From: Dyella sp.
Lineage (GTDB): Bacteria > Pseudomonadota > Gammaproteobacteria > Xanthomonadales > Rhodanobacteraceae
Direction of reading: 5' to 3'
NCBI RefSeq assembly: GCF_035277725.1
Contig: NZ_DATEJY010000222.1
Coordinates: 3,337-67,336 of the forward strand
Length of the DNA stretch: 64,000 bases
Part shown: positions 36,401 through 45,316 of the stretch, one piece after another
Layout of the letters: every line of letters begins with the position of its first letter
Numbering within the stretch: the stretch's first letter is position 1
Made by a program: the position numbers and the translations under genes
The notes under the pieces: model-generated
What the model was told of the DNA's origin: nothing
The model's database searches: none
What the model saw: only the letters and a program-made list of their open reading frames with translations

Positions 36401-37279
36401 GTTCAACTGCGCGACATTGACTTTGATGCCGGCGGGATTGGTAACGGCGAGATCGCGCAGGTTGAGCTGGAACAGCTCGCGCACGATCTGGTTCTCATGC
36501 CAATCCATCCACACGGCTATATCGCCATGGCCGCTATGAATGGCGTAGCCGCCCATGTCGAAGCCAGCCACCATGCCATGCAGATCGGCGTTCTGTGCCG
36601 CCATCCAGAACTTGCCGCTGGCGCCATCGTCGCGAAACCAGCCGGCCGCGCGCAGCACCCCGGTGGCGCCGATGCGGTGGATGCGCCCACCCACGCGTAT
36701 GTGGCTGCCCTGATGCGTGAGGCGAAGCTGTTCGGCCAGCAACGTGTAACGCTCGTTGATGAGCTGATCGTCGATATTGATGCGCAGATTGTCTAGCCAC
36801 AGTTCGACGGATAGACGTCCAAACGAAATGTGCTGCCGTTGCGCACCGCCAGCCGTGCCAAGTCCATTGATTTGCCAGCGGCCGTTGGCATCGCGCGTGA
36901 TATCCAGCTCCAGATTGCTGGCTTGCAGATTCAACAGATGCCGCGACGGCAGCAACCAGCCGCCGAAATCCAGCTTCAGGTCCATCTCCGGCACCTGCAA
37001 CGGCGTACCGCCCGCCTCACCAGGGCCGAAGCTGACGTTGCGCATGATGAAGCGCGGCCCGGACGGCTCCCAGCGGCCATCCATCGACGCGAACGCCACC
37101 GGCCGTTGCAGCTTCTCGCTCAACTCCTGCGCCACCCACTGCGGGTGTTTCGCCAGCAGCGGCAGTAGCACTTGTGCCAGCGCGGCGGCGAGTGCGAGCG
37201 CAATCACCGCCACGCCAACCGTCCAGCCAAGCGCACGTGTCACACGATGTGTCTTAACTTGCGACCGCATGCCTACCAA
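33422..37279 (-). CDS. yhdP: YhdP family (AsmA-like) envelope lipid-transport protein
   Basis: 1285-aa ORF with an N-terminal TM anchor (WTVGVAVIALALAAALAQVLLPLL). Immediately downstream of rng, as yhdP is in E. coli. Size and architecture fit the YhdP family. Confidence 0.88.
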   Translation of the reverse strand: MVGMRSQVKTHRVTRALGWTVGVAVIALALAAALAQVLLPLLAKHPQWVAQELSEKLQRPVAFASMDGRWEPSGPRFIMRNVSFGPGEAGGTPLQVPEMDLKLDFGGWLLPSRHLLNLQASNLELDITRDANGRWQINGLGTAGGAQRQHISFGRLSVELWLDNLRINIDDQLINERYTLLAEQLRLTHQGSHIRVGGRIHRIGATGVLRAAGWFRDDGASGKFWMAAQNADLHGMVAGFDMGGYAIHSGHGDIAVWMDWHENQIVRELFQLNLRDLAVTNPAGIKVNVAQLNGLAELGRHEGGYTVRWADHDGGAMKVDVDHFGTPQSDIRAVASKLQLAPLMPWLGLKPGLSPGLAQWLGAGAPHGQIERAVFHWNAAAGLNTLDAAFDNLGITAVDKLPGLDHLQGEVRGDAESVSLELPTQTATINDPHTFRGPFVMSQLGGIMAAWRDDDATHIGIAKLDFEGQGFGGNAQGEIALPADGGRPFLDVYLALTHADITAAKQFWPIDSLNPHAIGWLDQAFVSGRIDDAAVVVRGSLANWPFHHNEGRFEARADISDLTLAYGKSWPVADHVQATANFIDAGMLVEATGEAMGVKVTRAVGVIPELGHTVLDLNVSGEGNASDLLNFVGNSPIANKHADVLAKLQLGGTGNFDFHLSLPTHEMHNFLLDGTAQFKDVDLSAPDWKLQLDKLNGPATFDAHGFHAGPLAGGFHGEPTQVDLAIASATANPNVVLAAKINGSYTVQELLQDYPQLKWLGDIADGRSQFNIGYQIAHGDDGVSDVQTLSIDSPLSGVALNFPVPLSKPADGELPLHVTLGVPTAGAPMQLALGSVARGRLRLSNGEASPLAATFVFGDQMPDADTLPAKGMRIRGDAPELDVTGWVKQSIAGGASGNGMSLETIDVNTEHAEVFGRDFAHMHVTAAPKADTLELDVDSAAAAGHFSVPTVDLNKRGITARLQRMYWPKQPTLAKKPGEAPPPATDPANTGIDPHSMPPLHFWVNDLRLDDAKLGEARLETWPTPDGMHIDQLSTQSHHVQVSGSGDWNGTPTKSSTHLQVDFSANNLGEMLTAFGFAGIFDGGKTHDVLNATWPGGPWAFELGNMDGTLAVDVTNGSIPKASPGVGRLFGLASIAELPRRLSFDFNDVFGKGFGFDLIKGDFKLSDGSAYTDNLKIHGSAAEITVKGRTGLRNKDYDQQMVVIPHIGNSLPVVGAVVGGPIGAAAGFAVQSVLGKGLNHVAIKRYHITGSWDKPVFTSVGSSTPDAPASSSSSAPPASASSAAH

Positions 37280-37294
37280 ACGCCCGGGGCGGCT

Positions 37295-38776
37295 TCAAAG
37301 AAGTACAACATCGAACTGTTCCTGCGAATAATGCTCCTCTGCCTGGAAGCGTATGCTTTTGGAGATGAATTCTTCCAGCTCGGCCACGGCAGCAGACTCT
37401 TCCTCAAGAATGCGGCCGACCACTTTGGAACTGGCCATCACCAGCAGTTTCTGCGCATTGAATTGGCGCACGGCGCGGGTGATCTCGCGGAAAATTTCGT
37501 AAGTGACCGTTTCGGCGGTTTTCACCGTGCCGCGCCCCATGCATGCGGGACATGGCTCGCACAGCTGGCGTTCCAGGCTTTCGGTAGTGCGCTTGCGCGT
37601 CATCTCCACCAGGCCGAGCGGCGACATCGGGTAGACCGTGGTCTTGGCGTGATCGCGCGCGAGGCCTTTCTCCAGCATGCGGATGACCTGACGCTTGTGT
37701 TCCTCATCGGTCATGTCGATGAAATCGATGATGATGATGCCGCCGAGATTGCGCAGCCGCAGCTGGCGCGCAGCCGCCTGGGCGGCTTCGAGGTTGGTTC
37801 GATAAACGGTTTCTTCCAGATTCCGTGTACCGAGATAACCGCCGGTGTTGACGTCGATGGTGGTCATCGCCTCGGTCTGGTCGACGATCAGATAACCGCC
37901 CGATTTCAGCGGCACTTCCTTGCGCAGCGCGCGCTGGATTTCGTCTTCCACACCGTACAGGTCGAAGATCGGGCGTTCGCCGGCGTAATGTTCGATGCGA
38001 TCGTCCAGGCTCGGCATGAACTTGTGCACGAACTTGGCAACCTTCTCGTAGGTTTCGCGCGAATCCACGCGCACCTTTTCGATGTCGTCGTTGAGCAGAT
38101 CGCGCAACGCACGCAGCGGCAGCGAAAGTTCTTCGTAGACACGTTCGCCCACCTTGGCCTTCGCAATATTTTCCTGCACGACGCGCCAGACCTTGCCGAG
38201 GTAGATGACGTCGAACGCGAGCGATTCGGCGGATTGCCCTTCGGCGTTGGTGCGCACGATGTAGCCGAGCGGGTTTTCGCCGATCAACGGCGTCAGCACG
38301 TCTTTCAGCCGCTGCCGCTCGTTGTCGTCCTCGATGCGGGTGGAAATGCCCAGCGTGCGCGCATGCGGCAGCAGCACCAGGTAGCGCGAGGGAATCGACA
38401 GATGCGTGGACAACCGCGCACCCTTGGTGCCGATCGGATCCTTCACCACCTGCACCACGATTTCCTGCCCTTCGTGCACCAGCTCGCTGATCGACGGCAT
38501 ATGGCCGTTGCCATTGCCGGTGCTCACTTCCGCCCCTTCCGGCAGCGGCGGACGCACGATATCGGAGGCGTGCAGAAAAGCCGCCCGTTCCAGGCCGATG
38601 TCCACGAACACCGCCTGCATGCCCGGCATCACCCGCTGCACCCGTCCCTTGTAGACATTGCCGACGTACCCGCGCCGGGACGCCCGCTCGACATGCAGCT
38701 CCTGCAGCATGCCGTTTTCCACCACGCCGACTCGCGTCTCGCGCGGGGTCATGTTGATCAGGATTTCTTCGCTCAC
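37295..38776 (-). CDS. rng: ribonuclease G
   Basis: VSEEILINMTPRETRVGVVENGMLQELHVER... (S1 domain start), collinear with RNase G/E catalytic domains. GTG start at 38776. Confidence 0.93.
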   Translation of the reverse strand: MSEEILINMTPRETRVGVVENGMLQELHVERASRRGYVGNVYKGRVQRVMPGMQAVFVDIGLERAAFLHASDIVRPPLPEGAEVSTGNGNGHMPSISELVHEGQEIVVQVVKDPIGTKGARLSTHLSIPSRYLVLLPHARTLGISTRIEDDNERQRLKDVLTPLIGENPLGYIVRTNAEGQSAESLAFDVIYLGKVWRVVQENIAKAKVGERVYEELSLPLRALRDLLNDDIEKVRVDSRETYEKVAKFVHKFMPSLDDRIEHYAGERPIFDLYGVEDEIQRALRKEVPLKSGGYLIVDQTEAMTTIDVNTGGYLGTRNLEETVYRTNLEAAQAAARQLRLRNLGGIIIIDFIDMTDEEHKRQVIRMLEKGLARDHAKTTVYPMSPLGLVEMTRKRTTESLERQLCEPCPACMGRGTVKTAETVTYEIFREITRAVRQFNAQKLLVMASSKVVGRILEEESAAVAELEEFISKSIRFQAEEHYSQEQFDVVLL

Positions 38777-38881
38777 CGGTTTCCCCAAGCTATCCAGCCA
38801 TTTATAGCCTTTAGCTGAGAGAACTGTCGATGCGCAGTGCACGTCTCCTGCTGTACTGCCGAGTTCGGTAAAGTGACTGCC

Positions 38882-39421
38882 ATGCGCCAGCCCCAAGCCA
38901 TCACGGTTTCTTCTGACAGCCCGATCCTTCCCGACGTTCTGCGCCCCGGCCTGCGGCTGGTGTTCTGCGGCACCGCGGCCGGCAAGCGGTCGGCCCAGGA
39001 GGGCGCCTATTACGCCCATCCGGGCAATATGTTCTGGCGCGCGTTGTTCCAGGCGGGACTCACGCCACGGCTCCTGCTGCCGCAGGAGTTTTCCTCGCTG
39101 CCCGAGTTCGGCATTGGCCTGACCGACCTGGCCAAGCGCCATGTGGGCAATGACGATGAATTGCCCAAGGAGGCGTTCGACGTTCCGGCGCTGCTTGCGA
39201 AGATCGAACGCTATGCGCCAGCGTTATTGGCCTTCACCAGCAAGCATGGTGCGCGTGCGGCGCTCGGCAACAACCATGTCACCTACGGGCTGCAGGATCG
39301 TGCATTCGGTTCGACGCAAGTGTTCGTGCTGCCCTCGCCATCCGGGCAAGCACGTGGACATTGGGATCTCGCGCATTGGATTACGCTGGCCACCCATGTA
39401 GCAAACCGTAGGTTGGGTTAG
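38882..39421 (+). CDS. mug: G/U mismatch-specific DNA glycosylase (UDG family 2, Mug-like)
   Basis: LRLVFCGTAAGKRSAQEGAYYAHPGNMFWRAL and FVLPSPSGQA motifs of the Mug/TDG family. The last codons run into a REP. Confidence 0.85.
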   Translation: MRQPQAITVSSDSPILPDVLRPGLRLVFCGTAAGKRSAQEGAYYAHPGNMFWRALFQAGLTPRLLLPQEFSSLPEFGIGLTDLAKRHVGNDDELPKEAFDVPALLAKIERYAPALLAFTSKHGARAALGNNHVTYGLQDRAFGSTQVFVLPSPSGQARGHWDLAHWITLATHVANRRLG

Positions 39422-39484
39422 CGCAGCGTAACCCGACAGCTTTCACGCAAAACCGTTGGGTTACGCTGCGCCAACCCAACCTGC
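39408..39484. repeat. GTAG-type REP pair (TTGGGTTACGCTGCGC variant)
   Basis: GTAGGTTGGGTTAGCGCAGCGTAACCCGAC-(22 nt)-CGTTGGGTTACGCTGCGCCAACCCAACCTGC. Confidence 0.8.
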
Positions 39485-39604
39485 GACGGCTGCGCAAATC
39501 GCAAATAGATGCGGGAACGTGCATTGCCTTCGGCCTATGGTTGCCGTCAGAAAAATTGTCTAGGCTACTATTTTCCCGGCACCCTCCTAAAGTCAGTTGA
39601 TGCA

Positions 39605-39618
39605 AACGGACGTCCGTT
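39605..39618. promoter_or_regulatory. perfect 14-bp palindrome upstream of the RND pump gene (candidate operator or 5' UTR hairpin)
   Basis: AACGGACGTCCGTT, 27 nt upstream of the RND start codon. Confidence 0.3.
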
Positions 39619-39644
39619 CGCAAGGCTGATGGAAAGCATCGGTT

Positions 39645-42600
39645 ATGTGGATCGTCAAAATCGCGCTCGAGCGTCCGCTCACCTTCATCGTTCTGGCGCT
39701 GTTGCTGCTGATCCTCGGGCCGTTGGCGATCCTGCGCACGCCGGTGGATATCTTTCCCAATATCGATATCCCGGTGGTTTCCGTGGTGTGGCGCTACACC
39801 GGACTGCCCGCCGAGGACATGAACAACCGCATCGTCTCTGGCTACGAGCGTGCGCTGACCACCACGGTCAATGACATCGAGCACACCGAGACGCAATCGC
39901 TCAACGGCATCGGCCTGGTGAAGGTGTATTTCCAGCCGAACGTGAAGATCGACATGGCGGTGGCGCAGGTCACCGCGATTTCGCAGACGGTATTGGGCGG
40001 CTTGCCACAGGGCACCAATCCGCCGCTGATCCTGGTGTATAACGCCTCCACCGTGCCGATCCTGCAATTCGCACTGTCGTCGAAGGAGCTGTCGGAAGCC
40101 GCGATCTTCGACAATGCCAACCAGACGGTGCGCACCTTCATCACCTCGGTGCGCGGCGCGGCCACGCCCTACCCCTATGGCGGCAAGCAGCGGCAGGTGC
40201 AGGTGGATATCAATCCGCAGGCATTGCTCGCGCATGGCCTCTCGCCGAGCGACGTGGTCGCGGCCATCGGCGCGCAGAACCTGATCCTGCCTGCGGGCAC
40301 GGAAAAGATCGGCGCGACCGAGTACAGCGTGAAATTGAACGGCAGTCCGCTGCAGGTCGACGAGTTGAACAATGCGCCGATCCGCACCGTCAACGGCGTC
40401 ACCACGTATATTCGCGACGTGGCGTATGTGCACGATGGCTCGCCGCCTCAGACCAACGTGGTGCGCGTGAATGGGCAGCGCGCGGTGCTGATGTCGATCC
40501 TGAAAATCGGCGATGCTTCCACGCTGGATATCGTGGACAGCCTGCAACATTCGCTGCCGGCGATCCGCGCGGCGATTCCGCCCAACCTGGAGATCCATTC
40601 GCTTTCCGATCAGTCGCTGTTCGTGCGCGCGGCGATCGCCGGCGTGATTCGCGAAGGCGTGATCGCGGCGGGTCTGACCGGCTTGATGATTCTCTTGTTC
40701 CTGGGCTCGTGGCGTTCGACGCTGATCATTGCGATCTCGATTCCGCTGTCCATCCTGGCGTCGATCATCGCGCTGTCGGCACTGGGCCAGACCATCAACA
40801 TCATGACGCTGGGTGGCCTGGCGCTGGCGGTGGGTATTCTCGTCGACGATGCCACCGTGACGATCGAGAACATCAACTCGCATCTGGAAGAAGGCAAGGA
40901 GGTCTACGACGCGATCATGGAAGGCGCGCATCAGATCGCGGTACCGGCATTCGTGTCGACCTTGTCGATCTGCATCGTGTTCGTGCCGATCTTTTTCCTG
41001 GGCGGCGTGGCCAAGTATCTGTTCGCACCACTGGCCGAAGCGGTGGTGTTCGCCATGTTGGCCTCGTACGTGTTGTCGCGAACGTTGGTGCCGACGCTTT
41101 CGCTGTACTGGCTGAAGAAGCACAACCACAACAAGCAGGCAAGCGGTCCCATGGGCCGCTTCCAGCTTGCGTTCGAACGTCACTTCGAGCGCTTGCGCGA
41201 TGGTTATCGCGGCGCGCTGGAAACCACCGAGCGCCATCGCGGGTTGTTTGCGATCCTGTTCTTTGCCAGCTGTGCCCTGTCAGTCGGTTTGCTGGTGCCG
41301 TGGCTGGGACGCGATTTCTTTCCTTATGTCGACGGCGGCCAGATCAAACTGCATTTCCGCGCACCGGTCGGCTTGCGCATCGAGGAAACGGCGCGGCTTG
41401 CCGATGGCATCGAGGGCGTGATTCGCGACACGATCCCGAAGCAGGAGCTGGCCAGCATTGTCGATACGCTGGGCATTCCCTACAGCGGCATCAATCTTTC
41501 CTATAGCAATACCGGCGTGGTGGGCACCTCGGACGGCGATGTGTTCGTGACGCTCAATGAAGACCACCATCCCACCATCGACTACGTGCGCAGCCTGCGG
41601 CGACAACTCGCGCAGAAATATCCGGGCGTGATCTTCTCGTTCCTGCCAGCAGACATTGTTGGGCAGATTTTGAACTTCGGCGCGCCCGCGCCTATCGACG
41701 TGCAGGTGTCCAGCCATGACGCGAACGCATCGGCCCAGGTCGCCAAGGAACTCTACGGCGATCTGTTGAAGATCCCCGGACTGGTCGACTTGCGCATCCA
41801 GCAGGCACTCAATCTGCCGCAGATCAACGTGGACGTGGATCGCACGCGCGCGAGCCTGGTTGGCCTCACGACGCAGGACGTGGCAAGCAACTTGCTGACC
41901 GCGCTGGCCGGCTCTTCGCAGGTCAATCCCACGTTCTGGGTAGATCCGAAAACCGGCATCAGCTACAGCATTGCCACACAGACACCGCAATACCGCATGG
42001 ATAGCTTGCAAGCGTTGAAGAACCTGCCGATCCACAGTGCTTCCGGCAATAGTGCGGCAAGCGGCAGTTCTTCCGGTTCGACCATCAGCCAAACACTGCA
42101 AAACCTGGCTGATTTCTCGCGCAGCGAAGGGCCGGCCATCGTCACGCACTACAGCACGCGGCCCACCATGGATCTGTACGCCTCGGTCGATCGCACCGAC
42201 CTGGGTACGGTAGCGGGCGACGTGCAGCGCGTCATCGACGAGCACTCCAAACATTTGCCGCGCGACGTAAACATCAACCTGCGCGGCCAAACGCAGACCA
42301 TGCAGTCTTCCTACCGGGGATTGCTGGGCGGACTGCTGTTTGCGATCGTGCTGGTGTATCTGTTGATCGTGGTGAATTTCCAGAGCTGGCTGGATCCGCT
42401 GATCATCATTGCAGGCTTGCCGGCTGCCTTGGCCGGCCTGGTGTGGATGTTGTTTCTTACCGGCACCACGCTATCGGTGCCGGCCTTGATGGGCGCGATC
42501 ATGTGCATGGGCGTGGCCACTGCCAACTCGATCCTGGTGATCAGCTTTGCGCGCGAACGGCTGGCGCATCACGGCGACCCGGTGCAAGCGGCCGTCGAAG

Positions 42601-42830
42601 CCGGCTTTCAGCGTTTCCGCCCGGTGTTGATGACGGCATTGGCGATGATCATCGGCATGGTGCCGATGGCGCTGGGCATGGGCGAAGGCGGCGAGCAGAA
42701 CGCGCCGCTGGGCCGCGCCGTGATCGGCGGCCTGGTGCTGGCCACGGCCGCCACTCTGTTTTTTGTACCGACCTTTTTCAGTCTGCTGCATCGACGCCGC
42801 AAGGCGCGTCTCGATGCGGCTGCAGCGTGA
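39645..42830 (+). CDS. RND efflux transporter permease (AcrB/HAE family)
   Basis: 1061-aa ORF MWIVKIALERPLTFIVLALLLL... with 12-TM, two-large-periplasmic-loop architecture typical of AcrB-like pumps. Confidence 0.95.
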   Translation: MWIVKIALERPLTFIVLALLLLILGPLAILRTPVDIFPNIDIPVVSVVWRYTGLPAEDMNNRIVSGYERALTTTVNDIEHTETQSLNGIGLVKVYFQPNVKIDMAVAQVTAISQTVLGGLPQGTNPPLILVYNASTVPILQFALSSKELSEAAIFDNANQTVRTFITSVRGAATPYPYGGKQRQVQVDINPQALLAHGLSPSDVVAAIGAQNLILPAGTEKIGATEYSVKLNGSPLQVDELNNAPIRTVNGVTTYIRDVAYVHDGSPPQTNVVRVNGQRAVLMSILKIGDASTLDIVDSLQHSLPAIRAAIPPNLEIHSLSDQSLFVRAAIAGVIREGVIAAGLTGLMILLFLGSWRSTLIIAISIPLSILASIIALSALGQTINIMTLGGLALAVGILVDDATVTIENINSHLEEGKEVYDAIMEGAHQIAVPAFVSTLSICIVFVPIFFLGGVAKYLFAPLAEAVVFAMLASYVLSRTLVPTLSLYWLKKHNHNKQASGPMGRFQLAFERHFERLRDGYRGALETTERHRGLFAILFFASCALSVGLLVPWLGRDFFPYVDGGQIKLHFRAPVGLRIEETARLADGIEGVIRDTIPKQELASIVDTLGIPYSGINLSYSNTGVVGTSDGDVFVTLNEDHHPTIDYVRSLRRQLAQKYPGVIFSFLPADIVGQILNFGAPAPIDVQVSSHDANASAQVAKELYGDLLKIPGLVDLRIQQALNLPQINVDVDRTRASLVGLTTQDVASNLLTALAGSSQVNPTFWVDPKTGISYSIATQTPQYRMDSLQALKNLPIHSASGNSAASGSSSGSTISQTLQNLADFSRSEGPAIVTHYSTRPTMDLYASVDRTDLGTVAGDVQRVIDEHSKHLPRDVNINLRGQTQTMQSSYRGLLGGLLFAIVLVYLLIVVNFQSWLDPLIIIAGLPAALAGLVWMLFLTGTTLSVPALMGAIMCMGVATANSILVISFARERLAHHGDPVQAAVEAGFQRFRPVLMTALAMIIGMVPMALGMGEGGEQNAPLGRAVIGGLVLATAATLFFVPTFFSLLHRRRKARLDAAAA

Positions 42831-42839
42831 GAGCCGATC

Positions 42840-44018
42840 ATGTCTTCTGTCCATGCTCCACACCCCGCCAAGCCTTCGCGCGGCGCACGGCTCGTTCTGA
42901 TCGGGCTTGGCGTCGTGCTGGTGGTGCTGGCTGTCTTCGGCATCGTCAAGCGCGTGCAGGCGCGTCATGAATTGACGGCTGACACGGACCGCAACGCCGT
43001 CGCTACCGTCGCCACGACCACGCCCAAGGCATCGCCGAAAGATCAGAGCCTGAGCTTGCCTGGTACGGTTGCCTCGTGGCAGGACGCACAGGTGTATGCG
43101 CGCACGACCGGCTACGTGGCCAAGTGGTATGTCGACATCGGTGCAAAGGTGAAAAAAGGCCAGCGCCTGGCTGACCTGGACACGCCGGACGTCGACAACC
43201 AGTTGCTGCAAGGCAAGGCTCAGATGCGTACCGACCAGGCCACCATGGCCTTCGCCAAAGTCACGGCTGACCGCTACGCGAAACTGGCGACGCAAGGATT
43301 GATCGCGCAGCAAACGGCCGATCAGTATCTGGCGCAATACAAGGCGGATGCCGCGACCGTGCAGGCGGATGAAGCCAATGTGGCTCGCTTGCAGAACCTG
43401 GAAGACTTCAAGCACATCGAAGCGCCGTACGACGGCGTCGTGACGCAGCGCAATCTCAATCTCGGCGCGTTGGTGGATGCCGGCGCCAGCGGCAGCAATC
43501 TGTTCGTGATTGCCGACACCAGCACGCTGCGCGTGTTCGTGGATGTGCCGGAAACCTATGCGGCCAGCGTGCACGTCGGCATGCCCGCCGATGTGAGCCT
43601 GAACACCTACGGCGCCAAGCCGATCACCGGTACCGTGGCACGCACGGCTGATGCGCTTGATCCGAACACGCGCACGCTGCGCACGGAAATCGATGTCAGC
43701 AATACGGAGCAGCAATTGCTGCCGGGCGTCTATGCCAACGTGAGGCTGCAAGTATCCACTGCGACGCGCAACTACATCGTCCCCGCCAACGTATTGTTGT
43801 TCCGTGCCGAAGGCTTGCGTGTTGCGCTGGTGGACGGACAACAACGCGTGCATCTGCAACCGGTGACGTTGGGGCGTGATTTTGGCAGCACGGTGGAGAT
43901 CACCGAAGGATTGAATGACGACGATCGCATCGTGCTGAGTCCGTCGGATTCCTTGGCTGAAGGCCAGCAGGTGAACGTTGTCGAGCCTAACAAGGCGCAG
44001 CAGCAACGGATGCCCTGA
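42840..44018 (+). CDS. efflux RND periplasmic adaptor (membrane fusion protein)
   Basis: 392-aa ORF with an N-terminal TM anchor, coiled-coil segment (DNQLLQGKAQMRTDQATMAFAKVTADRYAKL...) and lipoyl/beta-barrel-like regions typical of the HlyD/AcrA family. Confidence 0.9.
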   Translation: MSSVHAPHPAKPSRGARLVLIGLGVVLVVLAVFGIVKRVQARHELTADTDRNAVATVATTTPKASPKDQSLSLPGTVASWQDAQVYARTTGYVAKWYVDIGAKVKKGQRLADLDTPDVDNQLLQGKAQMRTDQATMAFAKVTADRYAKLATQGLIAQQTADQYLAQYKADAATVQADEANVARLQNLEDFKHIEAPYDGVVTQRNLNLGALVDAGASGSNLFVIADTSTLRVFVDVPETYAASVHVGMPADVSLNTYGAKPITGTVARTADALDPNTRTLRTEIDVSNTEQQLLPGVYANVRLQVSTATRNYIVPANVLLFRAEGLRVALVDGQQRVHLQPVTLGRDFGSTVEITEGLNDDDRIVLSPSDSLAEGQQVNVVEPNKAQQQRMP

Positions 44019-44023
44019 GAAAC

Positions 44024-45316
44024 TCAGTCGATCGGCGTGTGCCGATAGGTTGCCACGTCACGTTCCTGCACCGCCGCAGCATGGTTCGACCAGGCGTGCC
44101 GGATATACGTCACCACCGCCGCGACATCCGCGTCGCTTAGTTGCTGCGCATACGGCGGCATGGAGTACGGCCGTGGATTGCCTTTCGTCACGGCGGAGAA
44201 TCCGCCCAGCAATACGACGCGCGTGGCGTTGATGCCGATGGGATCCACCACGGTGGCATTGCCATCCAGCGCCGGATAGATGCCTGGCACGCCCGCACCA
44301 TCCTTGCCATGGCAATTCGCACAGCGCTCGACATAGACGGCATTGCCGCGATCCATCAACGACTGGCTATCGAAGCTTGCACGCATCGGTGCCGGCGTGG
44401 CACGCGGCGGTAGCGAAAGCAGGTAATCGGCGATGGCTTGCAGATCCTCGTCGCGCAGGTATTGCGTGCTGCTGGCCACCACGTCCGCCATCGGCCCTAC
44501 TGCCGCGCTTTTCGATGATTGCCCGGTCTTCAGCACGTCGACGATGTCTTGCCGGCTCCAACCTTGCAGACCGCCGTTGGCCTGTGTGCTCAGATCCGGC
44601 GCATACCAGCCTTGCTCCGGAATCAGTCCGCCCGACAGGGCTGCATGGCTTTCCGAACCGCCCCATTGATCGCGCATGGCATGGCATTCGTTGCAGTGCC
44701 CAAGCCCCTGCACCAGATAGGCACCACGGTTCCACAACGCAGATTGCGTGGCATTGGGCTGGTACATGCCCGCCTTGAAATACATCGCACGCCACGCCGT
44801 AAGCGTGCTGCGCAGGTTGTAGGGAAAGCGCAATCCCAGCGTTGCATCCGGCTGATGCACGGGCGGCAGCGAACGCAGGTACGCGAAGATCGCGATGGCA
44901 TCGTTGCGCGTGACCTTGGTGAACGAGGTGTACGAAAACGCTGGATAGAGTGGTTCACCCTGGCGTCCGATGCCGTCGTGCAGCGCTCGCCAGAAATCAT
45001 TGAAACTCCAGTTGCCGATGCCTGTTTCCGCATCCGGCGTGATATTGGGCGCAGGGATATTGCCGAACGGCGTCGGCAGCATGCGGCCACCCGCATAGGC
45101 GTGGCCATCGCGCGTGGTGTGGCAGGAAGCGCAATCGCCAGCCGTGGCCAAGTAGCGGCCTTTGGCAATCACGCCGGGATCCTTGAGCATGTTCGCGATA
45201 GCAAGGTCTTCCGGAGCAGCAGATTGCTGCCGATGCCGCTGCGACAGCCACCATCCGCCGGCCAGCACGATCACCAGCAGCACGATGGGAATCCACAGCC
45301 AACGCAGCCGCGTCAT
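44024..45316 (-). CDS. membrane-anchored tri-heme c-type cytochrome
   Basis: Start MTRLRWLWIPIVLLVIVLAGGWW (preceded by AAGGAGAG). Three CxxCH motifs: CASCH, CNECH and CANCH. Resembles cytochrome subunits of membrane dehydrogenases. Confidence 0.85.
   Translation of the reverse strand: MTRLRWLWIPIVLLVIVLAGGWWLSQRHRQQSAAPEDLAIANMLKDPGVIAKGRYLATAGDCASCHTTRDGHAYAGGRMLPTPFGNIPAPNITPDAETGIGNWSFNDFWRALHDGIGRQGEPLYPAFSYTSFTKVTRNDAIAIFAYLRSLPPVHQPDATLGLRFPYNLRSTLTAWRAMYFKAGMYQPNATQSALWNRGAYLVQGLGHCNECHAMRDQWGGSESHAALSGGLIPEQGWYAPDLSTQANGGLQGWSRQDIVDVLKTGQSSKSAAVGPMADVVASSTQYLRDEDLQAIADYLLSLPPRATPAPMRASFDSQSLMDRGNAVYVERCANCHGKDGAGVPGIYPALDGNATVVDPIGINATRVVLLGGFSAVTKGNPRPYSMPPYAQQLSDADVAAVVTYIRHAWSNHAAAVQERDVATYRHTPID

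Noticed and set aside
34829-36796. 655-aa plus-strand ORF (and 33539-34753) antisense to yhdP
   Set aside because: The minus-strand 1285-aa product has coherent architecture and conserved placement next to rng. The plus-strand frames are Arg/Ala/His-rich artefacts.
37172-38818. 548-aa plus-strand ORF antisense to rng
   Set aside because: RNase G on the minus strand is clearly recognisable. The antisense ORF is compositional noise.
39381-41237. 618-aa minus-strand ORF antisense to the RND permease (also 42471-44006 antisense to the adaptor)
   Set aside because: The plus-strand genes have clear family architecture. The antisense products are Arg/His/Asp-rich with no motifs.
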